DNA of 64,000 bases, taken from assembly GCA_040954595.2 (NCBI GenBank), contig CM082585.2:820814-884813 (forward strand), written 5' to 3'. Positions 26,690-40,000 of the stretch are shown here, piece by piece. A program made the position numbers and the translations under genes. The notes under the pieces were generated by a model, which worked only from the letters and a program-made list of their open reading frames with translations, made no database searches and had not been told where the DNA came from. Source of the stretch: Balanoglossus misakiensis (lineage: Eukaryota; Animalia; Hemichordata). Position 1 is the stretch's first letter. Every line of letters starts with the position of its first letter.

Positions 26690-27401
26690 ATTTGTAACGA
26701 CGTCGCCACCTAATACTGTACTGGAGGTATGAACTTAAACTTGTAACGACGCCGCCACCTAATACTGTACTGGAGAGATGAAGTTAATACTTGTAACGAC
26801 GCCGCCACCTAATACTGTACTGGAGAGATGAAGTTAATACTTGTAACGACGCCGCCACCTAATACTGTACTGGAGAGATGAACTTAATACTTGTAACGAC
26901 GCCGCCACCTAATACTGTACTGGAGAGATGAAGTTAATACTTGTAACGACGCCGCCACCTAATACTGTACTGGAGAGATGAAGCTAATACTTGTAACGAC
27001 GCCGCCACCTAATACTGTACTGGAGAGATGAAGTTAATACTTGTAACGACGCCGCCACCTAATACTGTACTGGAGAGATGAAGTTAATACTTGTAACGAC
27101 GCCGCCACCTAATACTGTACTGGAGAGATGAAGTTAATACTTGTAACGACGCCGCCACCTAATACTGTACTGGAGGGATGAACTTAAACTTGTAACGACG
27201 CCGCCACCTAATACTGTACTGGAGAGATGAAGTTAATACTTGTAACGACGCCGCCACCTAATACTGTACTGGAGAGATGAAGTTAATACTTGTAACGCCA
27301 CCGCCACCTAATACTGTACTGGAGAGATGAACTTAATACTTGTAACGACGCCGCCACCTTATACTGTACTGGAGGGATGAACTTAAACCTGTAACGACGC
27401 C
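26690..27401 (+). repeat. 50-bp minisatellite, ~14 copies
   Basis: Unit cttgtaacgacgccgccacctaatactgtactggagagatgaagttaata; ttgtaacgac recurs at 26741, 26791, 26841 and onward. Confidence 0.97.
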
Positions 27402-27586
27402 AGATGATGCTCCTGTGACCAGAGGGATGAACGACGCCATGATTTGTTGATCTGATCTAATTAATAATATTCATTCTTTTTTTTCAATAGGTTCATTGGT
27501 ATTATCATCGCCGGAGGGAGTCTAATCAATATCTACAACAACGCCGCACCAGATAACAATATCAAAACCAGAGGGATGCTGTCAAT

Positions 27587-28150
27587 AGGTTAGGCTAATA
27601 AAAATGGTTTAATCTGAGGGAATGGTAAAGGGTTGGTGTATGAATATGTTAGGGTAATAAAAAATGGTATAATCTAACGGAATGGTGAAGGGTTGGTGTA
27701 TAAACAGGTTAGGCTAATAAAAATGGTATAATCTAATGAAATGGTGAAGGGTTGGTGTATGATGACTAATAAGACATTGTGCACAAGGGTACTATAATAA
27801 AACTGTCTGCAAGGGTATAATATTATGGTTTCAAGGGTATGATAAGTAATTAAAATACTATAAAAACATGAGTAATGCCACGTGGTAAATAAAAACTGTA
27901 CATGTACAGAGGGTAAATACCGGTATAATATATAAAGGTGTTAACATCAATGGTGTAATAATAAAAAAAATGGGTAACACATGGTTTTGGTGGTATAATA
28001 ATAATAAAATGGTATTAACTTGATGGTATAAACATTATGGGATGTGTATAAACGGTGTTAATATTACAAAGGTATAATGATTAGTTGGGGTGTAATAATA
28101 AGAAATTTAAAATCATTGGGTAATTTATTAGTGTCAGGTTGGGTAAAATA
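27587..28150 (+). repeat. Three ~60-bp tandem units followed by a C-poor ggtataat-rich low-complexity tract
   Basis: aatggt(a/g)aagggttggtgtat occurs 3 times, followed by many ggt(a/g)taat motifs. Confidence 0.75.
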
Positions 28151-28195
28151 ATTGTTGCTATGCATTCGTGTAATAATTGTCTGCGGATTTTTTGC

Positions 28196-28382
28196 AGCGT
28201 TACCCGCGTTCGCGTTCTTCATTGCAGGTCGCTCGTCATGTAATGGAATTTCGCCGTGTGCCCGTTTGATTCGCCGATGGATTTTTTACAACGTTACCCG
28301 CGTTCGCGTTCTTCATCGCAGTTGGATCGTCGTGTAATGGAATTTCGCCGTGTGCCCGTTTGATTCGCCGATGGATTTTTTG
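28196..28382 (+). repeat. CpG-rich ~94-bp tandem duplication
   Basis: cgttacccgcgttcgcgttcttcat...gattcgccgatggattttt occurs twice. Confidence 0.9.
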
Positions 28383-28809
28383 CTTTCGTCATCGTAATTC
28401 CCGCATCAACACGAATCCTCAATCTCGCGTAACAACAATACATCAAAATGTACACAGAAAAATAGGAGTCGGCAAGACAATTCTGGTTAGTTTGAGCCCC
28501 AACCTTTTAAAATTCACAACGGGGGAGGGGGCAGTTTTTCCTCATTTTATATTTGGCTCGAGGTTTTTAACTGTCCCCAGGCGCGTAAAGTTAGTTAGTT
28601 TATCACACAGTATGTAATTATCTTGCTTGATTTAAAAAAACACTAAAATTGTATGGGGGAGCTTCTTGCGATTTGCACTTAAGAAACTGATGGTTTGTAC
28701 CCATAGATAATATTTAGTATTAAGCACATAATTGCCTGGAAATAAAAATTAACTCAAGGGTAGAATGCAACAGTTAATTTTGTGCAATATCAACAGGAGC
28801 TATTTTGGC

Positions 28810-28914
28810 ACATTATTTCAGTTTGATAAACACTGTTTTTGCTCATTGTTTCATTTCGACCACATTATTTCAGTTTGATAAACACTGTTTTTGCTTATTG
28901 TTTCATTTCAACCA
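28810..28914 (+). repeat. 52-bp tandem duplication
   Basis: cacattatttcagtttgataaacactgtttttgct...tttcatttc occurs twice. Confidence 0.9.
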
Positions 28915-29317
28915 CTTTTGTCACCTTGTTTTAAATTGAATGCAAGCATTGTTTCTGTTTGACCACTACTTGGGGTAATTGTTCCAAATTGGTATGCAAG
29001 ATATTTTACATCAGCAGTTAGCCATCTAGCCACACTTTAGCTGCACAGCATATGAAAAATAATGAAATTCATGCAAAAAGCAAAAAAGTATTATGGGTAT
29101 AATGCCATTGCAGCATTGGCGGTTCGACTCCGTCGATACTTACTTTGAAGCATAAGTCTTCATTATTTTTCATATGTAATAAATAAAACTCTTCCAAATT
29201 CATATCTTTGTTTTAAGTTTGTGCTTTTGCTTCAGTTAGGGGGCCCACATTTACCAAACCTGTCTTGCCATCTTTTCACATTTCTTCAAATATGCAGCGC
29301 CAGCGGTAGGCAGTATT

Positions 29318-32300
29318 TGATCAAATTGACCCACAAATCACTCAAAATTAATAGGCAGGATACTGTCCACTCTGGCCTGGTTACTGTCTGGCCTGCTTAA
29401 TGTTGACGCAAAGGTTGACCCCACCAAACACTCAAAATTAATAGGCAGCATACTGGCCACTCTGGCCTAGTTAATGTTGACGCAAAGGTTGACCCCCACC
29501 AAACACTCAAAATTAATGGGCACGATACTGGCCACTCTGGCCTAGTTAATGTTGACGCAAAGGTTGACCCCACCAAACACTCAAAATCAATGGGCAGCAT
29601 ACTGTCCACTATGGCCTGGTTACTGTGTGCTCTGGTTAATGTTGACGCAAAGGTTGACCCCACCAAACACTCAAAATTAATGGGCAGCACACTGTCCACT
29701 ACGGCCTGGTTACTGTGTGCTCTGGTTAATGTTGATGCAAAGGTTGACCCCACCAAACACTCAAAATTAATGGGCAGAACACTGTCCACTATGGCCTGGT
29801 TACTGTGTGCTCTGGTTAATGTTGATGCAAAGGTTGACCCCACCAAACACTCAAAATTAATGGGCAGGATACTGGCCACTCTGGCCTAGTTAATGTTGAC
29901 GCAAAGGTTGACCCCCACCAAACACTCAAAATTAATGGGCACGATACTGGCCACTCTGGCCTAGTTAATGTTGACGCAAAGGTTGACCCCACCAAACACT
30001 CAAAATTAATGGGCAGCACACTGTCCACTACGGCCTGGTTACTGTGTGCTCTGGTTAATGTTGATGCAAAGGTTGACCCCACCAAACACTCAAAATTAAT
30101 GGGAAGAACACTGTCCACTATGGCCTGGTTACTGTGTGCTCTGGTTAATGTTGATGCAAAGGTTGACCCCAGCAAACACTCAAAATTAATGGGCAGGATA
30201 CTGGCCACTCTGGCCTAGTTAATGTTGACGCAAAGGTTGACCCCCACCAAACACTCAAAATTAATGGGCACGATACTGGCCACTCTGGCCTAGTTAATGT
30301 TGACGCAAAGGTTGACCCCCACGAAACACTCAAAATTAATGGGCACGATACTGGCCACTCTGGCCTAGTTAATGTTGACGCAAAGGTTGACCCCACCAAA
30401 CACTCAAAATTAATGGGCAGCACACTGTCCACTACGGCCTGGTTACTGTGTGCTCTGGTTAATGTTGACGCAAAGGTTGACCCCACCAAACACTCAAAAT
30501 TAATGGGCAGAACACTGTCCACTATGGCCTGGTTACTGTGTGCTCTGGTTAATGTTGACGCAAAGGTTGACCCCACCAAACACTCAAAATTAATGGGCAG
30601 AACACTGTCCACTACGGCCTGGTTATTGTGTGCTCTGGTTAATGTTGACGCAAAGGTTGACCCCACCAAACACTCAAAATCAATGGGCAGCATACTGTCC
30701 ACTATGGCCTGGTTACTGTGTGCTCTGGTTAATGTTGACGCAAAGGTTGACCCCACCAAACACTCAAAATTAATGGGCAGAACACTGTCCACTATGGCCT
30801 GGTTACTGTGTGCTCTGGTTAATGTTGACGCAAAGGTTGACCCCACCAAACACTCAAAATTAATGGGCAGCACACTGTCCACTATGGCCTGGTTACTGTG
30901 TGCTCTGGTTAATGTTGACGCAAAGGTTGACCCCACCAAACACTCAAAATTAATGGGCAGAACACTGTCCACTACGGCCTGGTTACTGTGTGGTCTGGTT
31001 AATGTTGACGCAAAGGTTGACCCCACCAAACACTCAAAATTAATGGGCAGAACACTGTCCACTATGGCCTGGTTACTGTGTGCTCTGGTTAATGTTGACG
31101 CAAAGGTTGACCCCACCAAACACTCAAAATTAATGGGCAGAACACTGTCCACTACGGCCTGGTTACTGTGTGCTCTGGTTAATGTTGACGCAAAGGTTGA
31201 CCCCACCAAACACTCAAAATTAATGGGCAGAACACTGTCCACTATGGCCTGGTTACTGTGTGCTCTGGTTAATGTTGACGCAAAGGTTGACCCCACCAAA
31301 CACTCAAAATTAATGGGCAGCACACTGTCCACTATGGCCTGGTTACTGTGTGCTCTGGTTAATGTTGACGCAAAGGTTGACCCCACCAAACACTCAAAAT
31401 TAATGGGCAGAACACTGTCCACTACGGCCTGGTTACTGTGTGCTCTGGTTAATGTTGACGCAAAGGTTGACCCCCACCACACACTCAAAATTAATGGGCA
31501 CGATACTGGCCACTCTGGCCTAGTTAATGTTGACGCAAAGGTTGACCCCACCAAACACTCAAAATCAATGGGCAGCATACTGTCCACTATGGCCTGGTTA
31601 CTGTGTGCTCTGGTTAATGTTGACGCAAAGGTTGACCCCACCAAACACTCAAAATTAATGGGCAGAACACTGTCCACTATGGCCTGGTTACTGTGTGCTC
31701 TGGTTAATGTTGACGCAAAGGTTGACCCCACCAAACACTCAAAATTAATGGGCAGCACACTGTCCACTATGGCCTGGTTACTGTGTGCTCTGGTTAATGT
31801 TGACGCAAAGGTTGACCCCACCAAACACTCAAAATTAATGGGCAGAACACTGTCCACTACGGCCTGGTTACTGTGTGGTCTGGTTAATGTTGACGCAAAG
31901 GTTGACCCCACCAAACACTCAAAATTAATGGGCAGAACACTGTCCACTATGGCCTGGTTACTGTGTGCTCTGGTTAATGTTGACGCAAAGGTTGACCCCA
32001 CCAAACACTCAAAATTAATGGGCAGAACACTGTCCACTACGGCCTGGTTACTGTGTGCTCTGGTTAATGTTGACGCAAAGGTTGACCCCACCAAACACTC
32101 AAAATTAATGGGCAGAACACTGTCCACTATGGCCTGGTTACTGTGTGCTCTGGTTAATGTTGACGCAAAGGTTGACCCCACCAAACACTCAAAATTAATG
32201 GGCAGCACACTGTCCACTATGGCCTGGTTACTGTGTGCTCTGGTTAATGTTGACGCAAAGGTTGACCCCACCAAACACTCAAAATTAATGGGCAGAACAC

Positions 32301-35300
32301 TGTCCACTACGGCCTGGTTACTGTGTGCTCTGGTTAATGTTGACGCAAAGGTTGACCCCCACCACACACTCAAAATTAATGGGCACGATACTGGCCACTC
32401 TGGCCTAGTTAATGTTGACGCAAAGGTTGACCCCACCAAACACTCAAAATTAATGGGCACGATACTGGCCACTCTGGCCTAGTTAATGTTGACGCAAAGG
32501 TTGACCCCACCAAACACTCAAAATTAATGGGCACGATACTGGCCACTCTGGCCTAGTTAATGTTGACGGAAAGGTTGACCCCACCAAACACTCAAAATTA
32601 ATGGGCACGATACTGGCCACTCTGGCCTAGTTAATGTTGACGCAAAGGTTGACCCCACCTAACACTCAAAATTAATGGGCAGAACACTGTCCACTATGGC
32701 CTGGTTACTCTGTGCTCTGGTTAATGTTGACGCAAAGGTTGACCCCACCAAACACTCAAAATTAATGGGCAGCACACTGTCCACTATGGCCTGGTTACTG
32801 TGTGCTCTGGTTAATGTTGACGCAAAGGTTGACCCCACCAAACACTCAAAATTAATGGGCAGAACACTGTCCACTACGGCCTGGTTACTGTGTGCTCTGG
32901 TTAATGTTGACGCAAAGGTTGACCCCACCAAACACTCAAAATTAATGGGCAGCACACTGTCCACTATGGCCTGGTTACTGTGTGCTCTGGTTAATGTTGA
33001 CGCAAAGGTTGACCCCACCAAACACTCAAAATTAATGGGCAGGATACTGTCCACTACGGCCTGGTTACTGTGTGCTCTGGTTAATGTTGACGCAAAGGTT
33101 GACCCCACCAAACACTCAAAATTAATGGGCAGAACACTGTCCACTACGGCCTGGTTACTGTGTGCTCTGGTTAATGTTGACGCAAAGGTTGACCCCACCA
33201 AACACTCAAAATTAATGGGCAGAACACTGTCCACTATGGCCTGGTTACTGTGTGCTCTGGTTAATGTTGACGCAAAGGTTGACCCCACCAAACACTCAAA
33301 ATTAATGGGCAGCACACTGTCCACTATGGCCTGGTTACTGTGTGCTCTGGTTAATGTTGACGCAAAGGTTGACCCCACCAAACACTCAAAATTAATGGGC
33401 AGAACACTGTCCACTATGGCCTGGTTACTGTGTGCTCTGGTTAATGTTGACGCAAAGGTTGACCCCACCAAACACTCAAAATTAATGGGCAGAACACTGT
33501 CCACTATGGCCTGGTTACTGTGTGCTCTGGTTAATGTTGACGCAAAGGTTGACCCCACCAAACACTCAAAATTAATGGGCAGAACACTGTCCACTACGGC
33601 CTGGTTACTGTGTGCTCTGGTTAATGTTGACGCAAAGGTTGACCCCACCAAACACTCAAAATTAATGGGCAGCACACTGTCCACTATGGCCTGGTTACTG
33701 TGTGCTCTGGTTAATGTTGACGCAAAGGTTGACCCCACCAAACACTCAAAATTAATGGGCAGAACACTGTCCACTACGGCCTGGTTACTGTGTGCTCTGG
33801 TTAATGTTGACGCAAAGGTTGACCCCACCAAACACTCAAAATTAATGGGCACGATACTGGCCACTCTGGCCTAGTTAATGTTGACGCAAAGGTTGACCCC
33901 ACCAAACACTCAAAATTAATGGGCACGATACTGGCCACTCTGGCCTAGTTAATGTTGACGCAAAGGTTGACCCCACCAAACACTCAAAATTAATGGGCAC
34001 GATACTGGCCACTCTGGCCTAGTTAATGTTGACGGAAAGGTTGACCCCACCAAACACTCAAAATTAATGGGCACGATACTGGCCACTCTGGCCTAGTTAA
34101 TGTTGACGCAAAGGTTGACCCCACCTAACACTCAAAATTAATGGGCAGAACACTGTCCACTATGGCCTGGTTACTCTGTGCTCTGGTTAATGTTGACGCA
34201 AAGGTTGACCCCACCAAACACTCAAAATTAATGGGCAGCACACTGTCCACTATGGCCTGGTTACTGTGTGCTCTGGTTAATGTTGACGCAAAGGTTGACC
34301 CCACCAAACACTCAAAATTAATGGGCAGAACACTGTCCACTACGGCCTGGTTACTGTGTGCTCTGGTTAATGTTGACGCAAAGGTTGACCCCACCAAACA
34401 CTCAAAATTAATGGGCAGCACACTGTCCACTATGGCCTGGTTACTGTGTGCTCTGGTTAATGTTGACGCAAAGGTTGACCCCACCAAACACTCAAAATTA
34501 ATGGGCAGGATACTGTCCACTACGGCCTGGTTACTGTGTGCTCTGGTTAATGTTGACGCAAAGGTTGACCCCACCAAACACTCAAAATTAATGGGCAGAA
34601 CACTGTCCACTACGGCCTGGTTACTGTGTGCTCTGGTTAATGTTGACGCAAAGGTTGACCCCACCAAACACTCAAAATTAATGGGCAGAACACTGTCCAC
34701 TATGGCCTGGTTACTGTGTGCTCTGGTTAATGTTGACGCAAAGGTTGACCCCACCAAACACTCAAAATTAATGGGCAGCACACTGTCCACTATGGCCTGG
34801 TTACTGTGTGCTCTGGTTAATGTTGACGCAAAGGTTGACCCCACCAAACACTCAAAATTAATGGGCAGAACACTGTCCACTATGGCCTGGTTACTGTGTG
34901 CTCTGGTTAATGTTGACGCAAAGGTTGACCCCACCAAACACTCAAAATTAATGGGCAGAACACTGTCCACTATGGCCTGGTTACTGTGTGCTCTGGTTAA
35001 TGTTGACGCAAAGGTTGACCCCACCAAACACTCAAAATTAATGGGCAGAACACTGTCCACTACGGCCTGGTTACTGTGTGCTCTGGTTAATGTTGACGCA
35101 AAGGTTGACCCCACCAAACACTCAAAATTAATGGGCAGCACACTGTCCACTATGGCCTGGTTACTGTGTGCTCTGGTTAATGTTGACGCAAAGGTTGACC
35201 CCACCAAACACTCAAAATTAATGGGCAGAACACTGTCCACTACGGCCTGGTTACTGTGTGCTCTGGTTAATGTTGACGCAAAGGTTGACCCCACCAAACA

Positions 35301-37831
35301 CTCAAAATTAATGGGCAGAACACTGTCCACTATGGCCTGGTTACTGTGTGCTCTGGTTAATGTTGACGCAAAGGTTGACCCCACCAAACACTCAAAATTA
35401 ATGGGCAGAACACTGTCCACTACGGCCTGGTTACTGTGTGCTCTGGTTAATGTTGACGCAAAGGTTGACCCCACCAAACACTCAAAATTAATGGGCAGAA
35501 CACTGTCCACTATGGCCTGGATACTGTGTGCTCTGGTTAATGTTGACGCAAAGGTTGACCCCACCAAACACTCAAAATTAATGGGCAGCACACTGTCCAC
35601 TATGGCCTGGTTACTGTGTGCTCTGGTTAATGTTGACGCAAAGGTTGACCCCACCAAACACTCAAAATTAATGGGCAGAACACTGTCCACTACGGCCTGG
35701 TTACTGTGTGCTCTGGTTAATGTTGACGCAAAGGTTGACCCCCACCAAACACTCAAAATTTATGGGCACGATACTGGCCACTCTGGCCTAGTTAATGTTG
35801 ACGCAAAGGTTGACCCCACCAAACACTCAAAATTAATGGGCACGATACTGGCCACTCTGGCCTAGTTAATGTTGACGCAAAGGTTGACCCCACCAAACAC
35901 TCAAAATTAATGGGCACGATACTGGCCACTCTGGCCTAGTTAATGTTGACGCAAAGGTTGACCCCACCAAACACTCAAAATTAATGGGCACGATACTGGC
36001 CACTCTGGCCTAGTTAATGTTGACGCAAAGGTTGACCCCACCAAACACTCAAAATTAATGGGCACGATACTGGCCACTCTGGCCTAGTTAATGTTGACGC
36101 AAAGGTTGACCCCACCAAACACTCAAAATTAATGGGCAGAACACTGTCCACTACGGCCTGGTTACTGTGTGCTCTGGTTAATGTTGACGCAAAGGTTGAC
36201 CCCACCAAACACTCAAAATTAATGGGCAGAACACTGTCCACTCGACCTGGTTACTGTGTGCTCTGGTTAATGTTGACGCAAAGGTTGACCCCACCAAACA
36301 CTCAAAATTAATGGGCAGAACACTGTCCACTACGGCCTGGTTACTGTGTGCTCTGGTTAATGTTGACGCAAAGGTTGACCCCACCAAACACTCAAAATTA
36401 ATGGGCAGCACACTGTCCACTATGGCCTGGTTACTGTGTGCTCTGGTTAATGTTGACGCAAAGGTTGACCCCACCAAACACTCAAAATTAATGGGCAGAA
36501 CACTGTCCACTACGGCCTGGTTACTGTGTGCTCTGGTTAATGTTGACGCAAAGGTTGACCCCACCAAACACTCAAAATTAATGGGCAGAACACTGTCCAC
36601 TATGGCCTGGTTACTGTGTGCTCTGGTTAATGTTGACGCAAAGGTTGACCCCACCAAACACTCAAAATTAATGGGCAGAACACTGTCCACTACTGCCTGG
36701 TTACTGTGTGCTCTGGTTAATGTTGACGCAAAGGTTGACCCCACCAAACACTCAAAATTAATGGGCAGCACACTGTCCACTATGGCCTGGTTGCTGTGTG
36801 CTCTGGTTAATGTTGACGCAAAGGTTGACCCCACCAAACACTCAAAATTAATGGGCAGAACACTGTCCACTACGGCCTGGTTACTGTGTGCTCTGGTTAA
36901 TGTTGACGCAAAGGTTGACCCCACCAAACACTCAAAATTAATGGGCAGAACACTGTCCACTATGGCCTGGTTACTGTGTGCTCTGGTTAATGTTGACGCA
37001 AAGGTTGACCCCACCAAACACTCAAAATTAATGGGCAGCACACTGTCCACTATGGCCTGGTTACTGTGTGCTCTGGTTAATGTTGACGCAAAGGTTGACC
37101 CCACCAAACACTCAAAATTAATGGGCAGAACACTGTCCACTACGGCCTGGTTACTGTGTGCTCTGGTTAATGTTGACGCAAAGGTTGACCCCCACCAAAC
37201 ACTCAAAATTAATGGGCACGATACTGGCCACTCTGGCCTAGTTAATGTTGACGCAAAGGTTGACCCCACCAAACACTCAAAATTAATGGGCACGATACTG
37301 GCCACTCTGGCCTAGTTAATGTTGACGCAAAGGTTGACCCCACCAAACACTCAAAATTAATGGGCATGATACTGGCCACTCTGGCCTAGTTAATGTTGAC
37401 GCAAAGGTTGACCCCACCAAACACTCAAAATTAATGGGCACGATACTGGCCACTCTGGCCTAGTTAATGTTGACGCAAAGGTTGACCCCACCAAACACTC
37501 AAAATTAATGGGCAGAACACTGTCCACTACGGCCTGGTTACTGTGTGCTCTGGTTAATGTTGACGCAAAGGTTGACCCCACCAAACACTCAAAATTAATG
37601 GGCAGAACACTGTCCACTACGGCCTGGTTACTGTGTGCTCTGGTTAATGTTGACGCAAAGGTTGACCCCACCATACACTCAAAATTAATGGGCAGCACAC
37701 TGTCCACTATGGCCTGGTTACTGTGTGCTCTGGTTAATGTTGACGCAAAGGTTGACCCCACCAAACACTCAAAATTAATGGGCAGAACACTGTCCACTAC
37801 GGCCTGGTTACTGTGTGCTCTGGTTAATGTT
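29318..37831. repeat. ~8.5-kb satellite of interspersed 90-bp and 74/75-bp monomers (roughly 100 units)
   Basis: Shared head ttaatgttgacgcaaaggttgaccccaccaaacactcaaaattaatgggca, followed by either gaacactgtccacta(t/c)ggcctggttactgtgtgctctgg (90 bp) or cgatactggccactctggcctag (74 bp). Confidence 0.99.
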
Positions 37832-38064
37832 AATGGTAGGTCGTGGCTGTCTCATTTCAGGGATTTGTGGACTAAATGTCAATCTTTGTACTATTCGTAC
37901 ATGAAACTTTTCTTTCAAATACAACTTACAGACCAACATAGACAGTCATGCTTATATAAGTATGACTATCTATTAAAGTAACATTCATATCATGATTGTT
38001 GTTTTACACTGTGTTTTCAAAGTAATTGTTGCAGTAAACCAATTGCCTTGCTTGGAAATATTAA

Positions 38065-38171
38065 AAGGGAAGTCCTGTCCAGCTGATTTATGCATAATTT
38101 CTACACAATGTTTTTTTCTGAAAGAATGACCTCAAAGCTACCCAATTATGTAGCTGAACCGGACTTCCCCT
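38065..38171. mobile_element. Small TTAA-flanked MITE, family C; related end at ~41700-41797
   Basis: ttaa|aagggaagtcc ... ggacttcccct|ttaa. Confidence 0.8.
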
Positions 38172-38472
38172 TTAAATGCTACCAGTGAGCTTGTTTGTCT
38201 TTGTAAATACACTCAAGTATTAATCCCCTTTTTCTCAGAATTCAATGCATCTTCATGCCATGAGGTGAGAGGACACTTTTGTTAGCAGGAGGGAAACAAA
38301 TCCAAAATAAATAATAACAGTGCAAAGTTGGTCTGCTGACTTTCTCCACATTTCATTATTGAATTACGGCAAAATTATGAAATCCAATTATGAAATTCAG
38401 CTTTTTGTCCACTTTTTGTTGCTGCAAATTCATTGCGGTATAAAGGTCAATAATATGACAAATCTTGGTTAA

Positions 38473-38657
38473 AAGTATACAGTCACCTTCAATACACATT
38501 CCCATATATGGCTGAATGGCGTATTTGAGCATTCTAAAGAACATATGGTGGCGCCTGTTTTCCACGTGTGCCACCAAATGTAAATCTGTGATTGGCTAGA
38601 TTTCAATTTTCCATGGTAACTATATATAGCTAATTTTCCATGGGTGATCATATACCT
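38473..38657. mobile_element. TTAA-flanked MITE, family D; inverted partial copy from ~53768
   Basis: ttaa|aagtatacagtcacc ... ggtgatcatatacct|ttaa. Confidence 0.8.
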
Positions 38658-38686
38658 TTAACTCTATAGTTTAACATGATACTTAC

Positions 38687-38872
38687 GAACACATGATTGG
38701 TTAAAAGTGTAGACATCATACATTGAGAGACCAGTTTCTCCAGGTGGCAGATAGAATCCACCTGTGCCGTTATTTGCATATAAGAGATAGCCTTCTTCAC
38801 AGGAACATTGAAAACCACCTGCAGTGTTTTTACAAAGTTGATCACAAGAATGTGAAGCACATTCATTTATAT
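38687..38872 (-). pseudogene. uif-like exon, calcium-binding EGF 2 with long insertion loop
   Basis: tag|DINECASHSCDQLCKNTAGGFQCSCEEGYLLYANNGTGGFYLPPGETGLSMYDVYTFNQSCV|gtaagt; this frame is absent from the ORF track. Confidence 0.92.
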
Positions 38873-39393
38873 CTACAAAGAAGGAACATGGATTGGATTA
38901 AAACAATGTACGTTTAGTAAAATTGAAAGTATTGTCATTTCTTTTAATCGTGAATTTTGGGATTATCTTGTGTACGTACAAGATGAATCTGTGATAAAAT
39001 AAAGGCGTCACCTTGCTTGCTTTTGAAATACAAGGCCATTAATTAAATTGATAATAGAAGAAACCTGCTGACTCAGCATGGTTCACCAATGGTTTGTCTA
39101 TGGACAAAAACCTTAAAGAAATTTATCTCAAAATAGAGCATTGTAATCACACAATTTTATTTGACCAATGAATTTATATTTACTAGACTGAGCTATGTGT
39201 AAAATTTCGTGAAAATGACAATAGTAGAAGTTTGTTTTCTAGCAATTATCAATGTAATCCTATGAGAAAAAGACACCTGAGATTAAAAGGTCATTCCAAA
39301 AATTTATCCGGAATTCTGAAATAAGTTCGGAATGTGTTAAATGTGAAAATAGTGACTTGAAGTTATGTTGCAAGTGACTTGTTTATGTCTCAC

Positions 39394-39522
39394 CTTTGCA
39401 TGCTGTTCCATTCACATCTGGTTCAAATCCCACCAAACATGCACACTGATAGTCACCATCTCTATTTTCACAGACTTGATTGATTCCACACCGTGCCACC
39501 AATGTACTACATTCATTGATAT
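39394..39522 (-). pseudogene. uif-like exon, calcium-binding EGF 1
   Basis: cag|DINECSTLVARCGINQVCENRDGDYQCACLVGFEPDVNGTACK|gtgaga. Confidence 0.92.
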
Positions 39523-40000
39523 CTGAAATGTTATTCATCAAGATATGATCAAAATCCCACAGGTCCGCTGGTAAATTCAGACCAACAAGTTTAGCTGGGA
39601 ACCACCAGACCAACAGGAAATTTTCACAAACAAATTTTCGCGAACTATGCAAGAGCCCCAAAAAAAAAGACATTTTTGCGTAAAAAACTATTTTCAGTGA
39701 TAACAATGTAGTGAAATACGAGAACATGAAAATTAATCGTCTCATAACAGTTTCTGCTTTTGATATCGCAAAAAATTTCTTTGTCGCGAAAATTTCCTGT
39801 TTTACAGTAATCAATGAAAAATAAAATTACGAAAATCATGAAATTTCTGACAGCCATAGATTTGCATGGCATGAACTGTATGTCCTATCAGCATGTAGTT
39901 TAGGTGACATTTATGATAAATAGTCAAATTACTGGAGTGATCGATTACGGTACCTCATAAGCAGACAACCACATGAAGACCAATCTTGATGTGAACTTAC

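Noticed and set aside
26690-27401. CRISPR-like array
   Set aside because: Head-to-tail near-identical units with no unique spacers and no cas genes, in a eukaryotic context. The same applies to the large satellite.
29397-37981. Long ORFs (up to 775 aa) as protein-coding genes
   Set aside because: They are translations of a 90-bp satellite monomer, open on both strands and frame-broken by 74-bp units.
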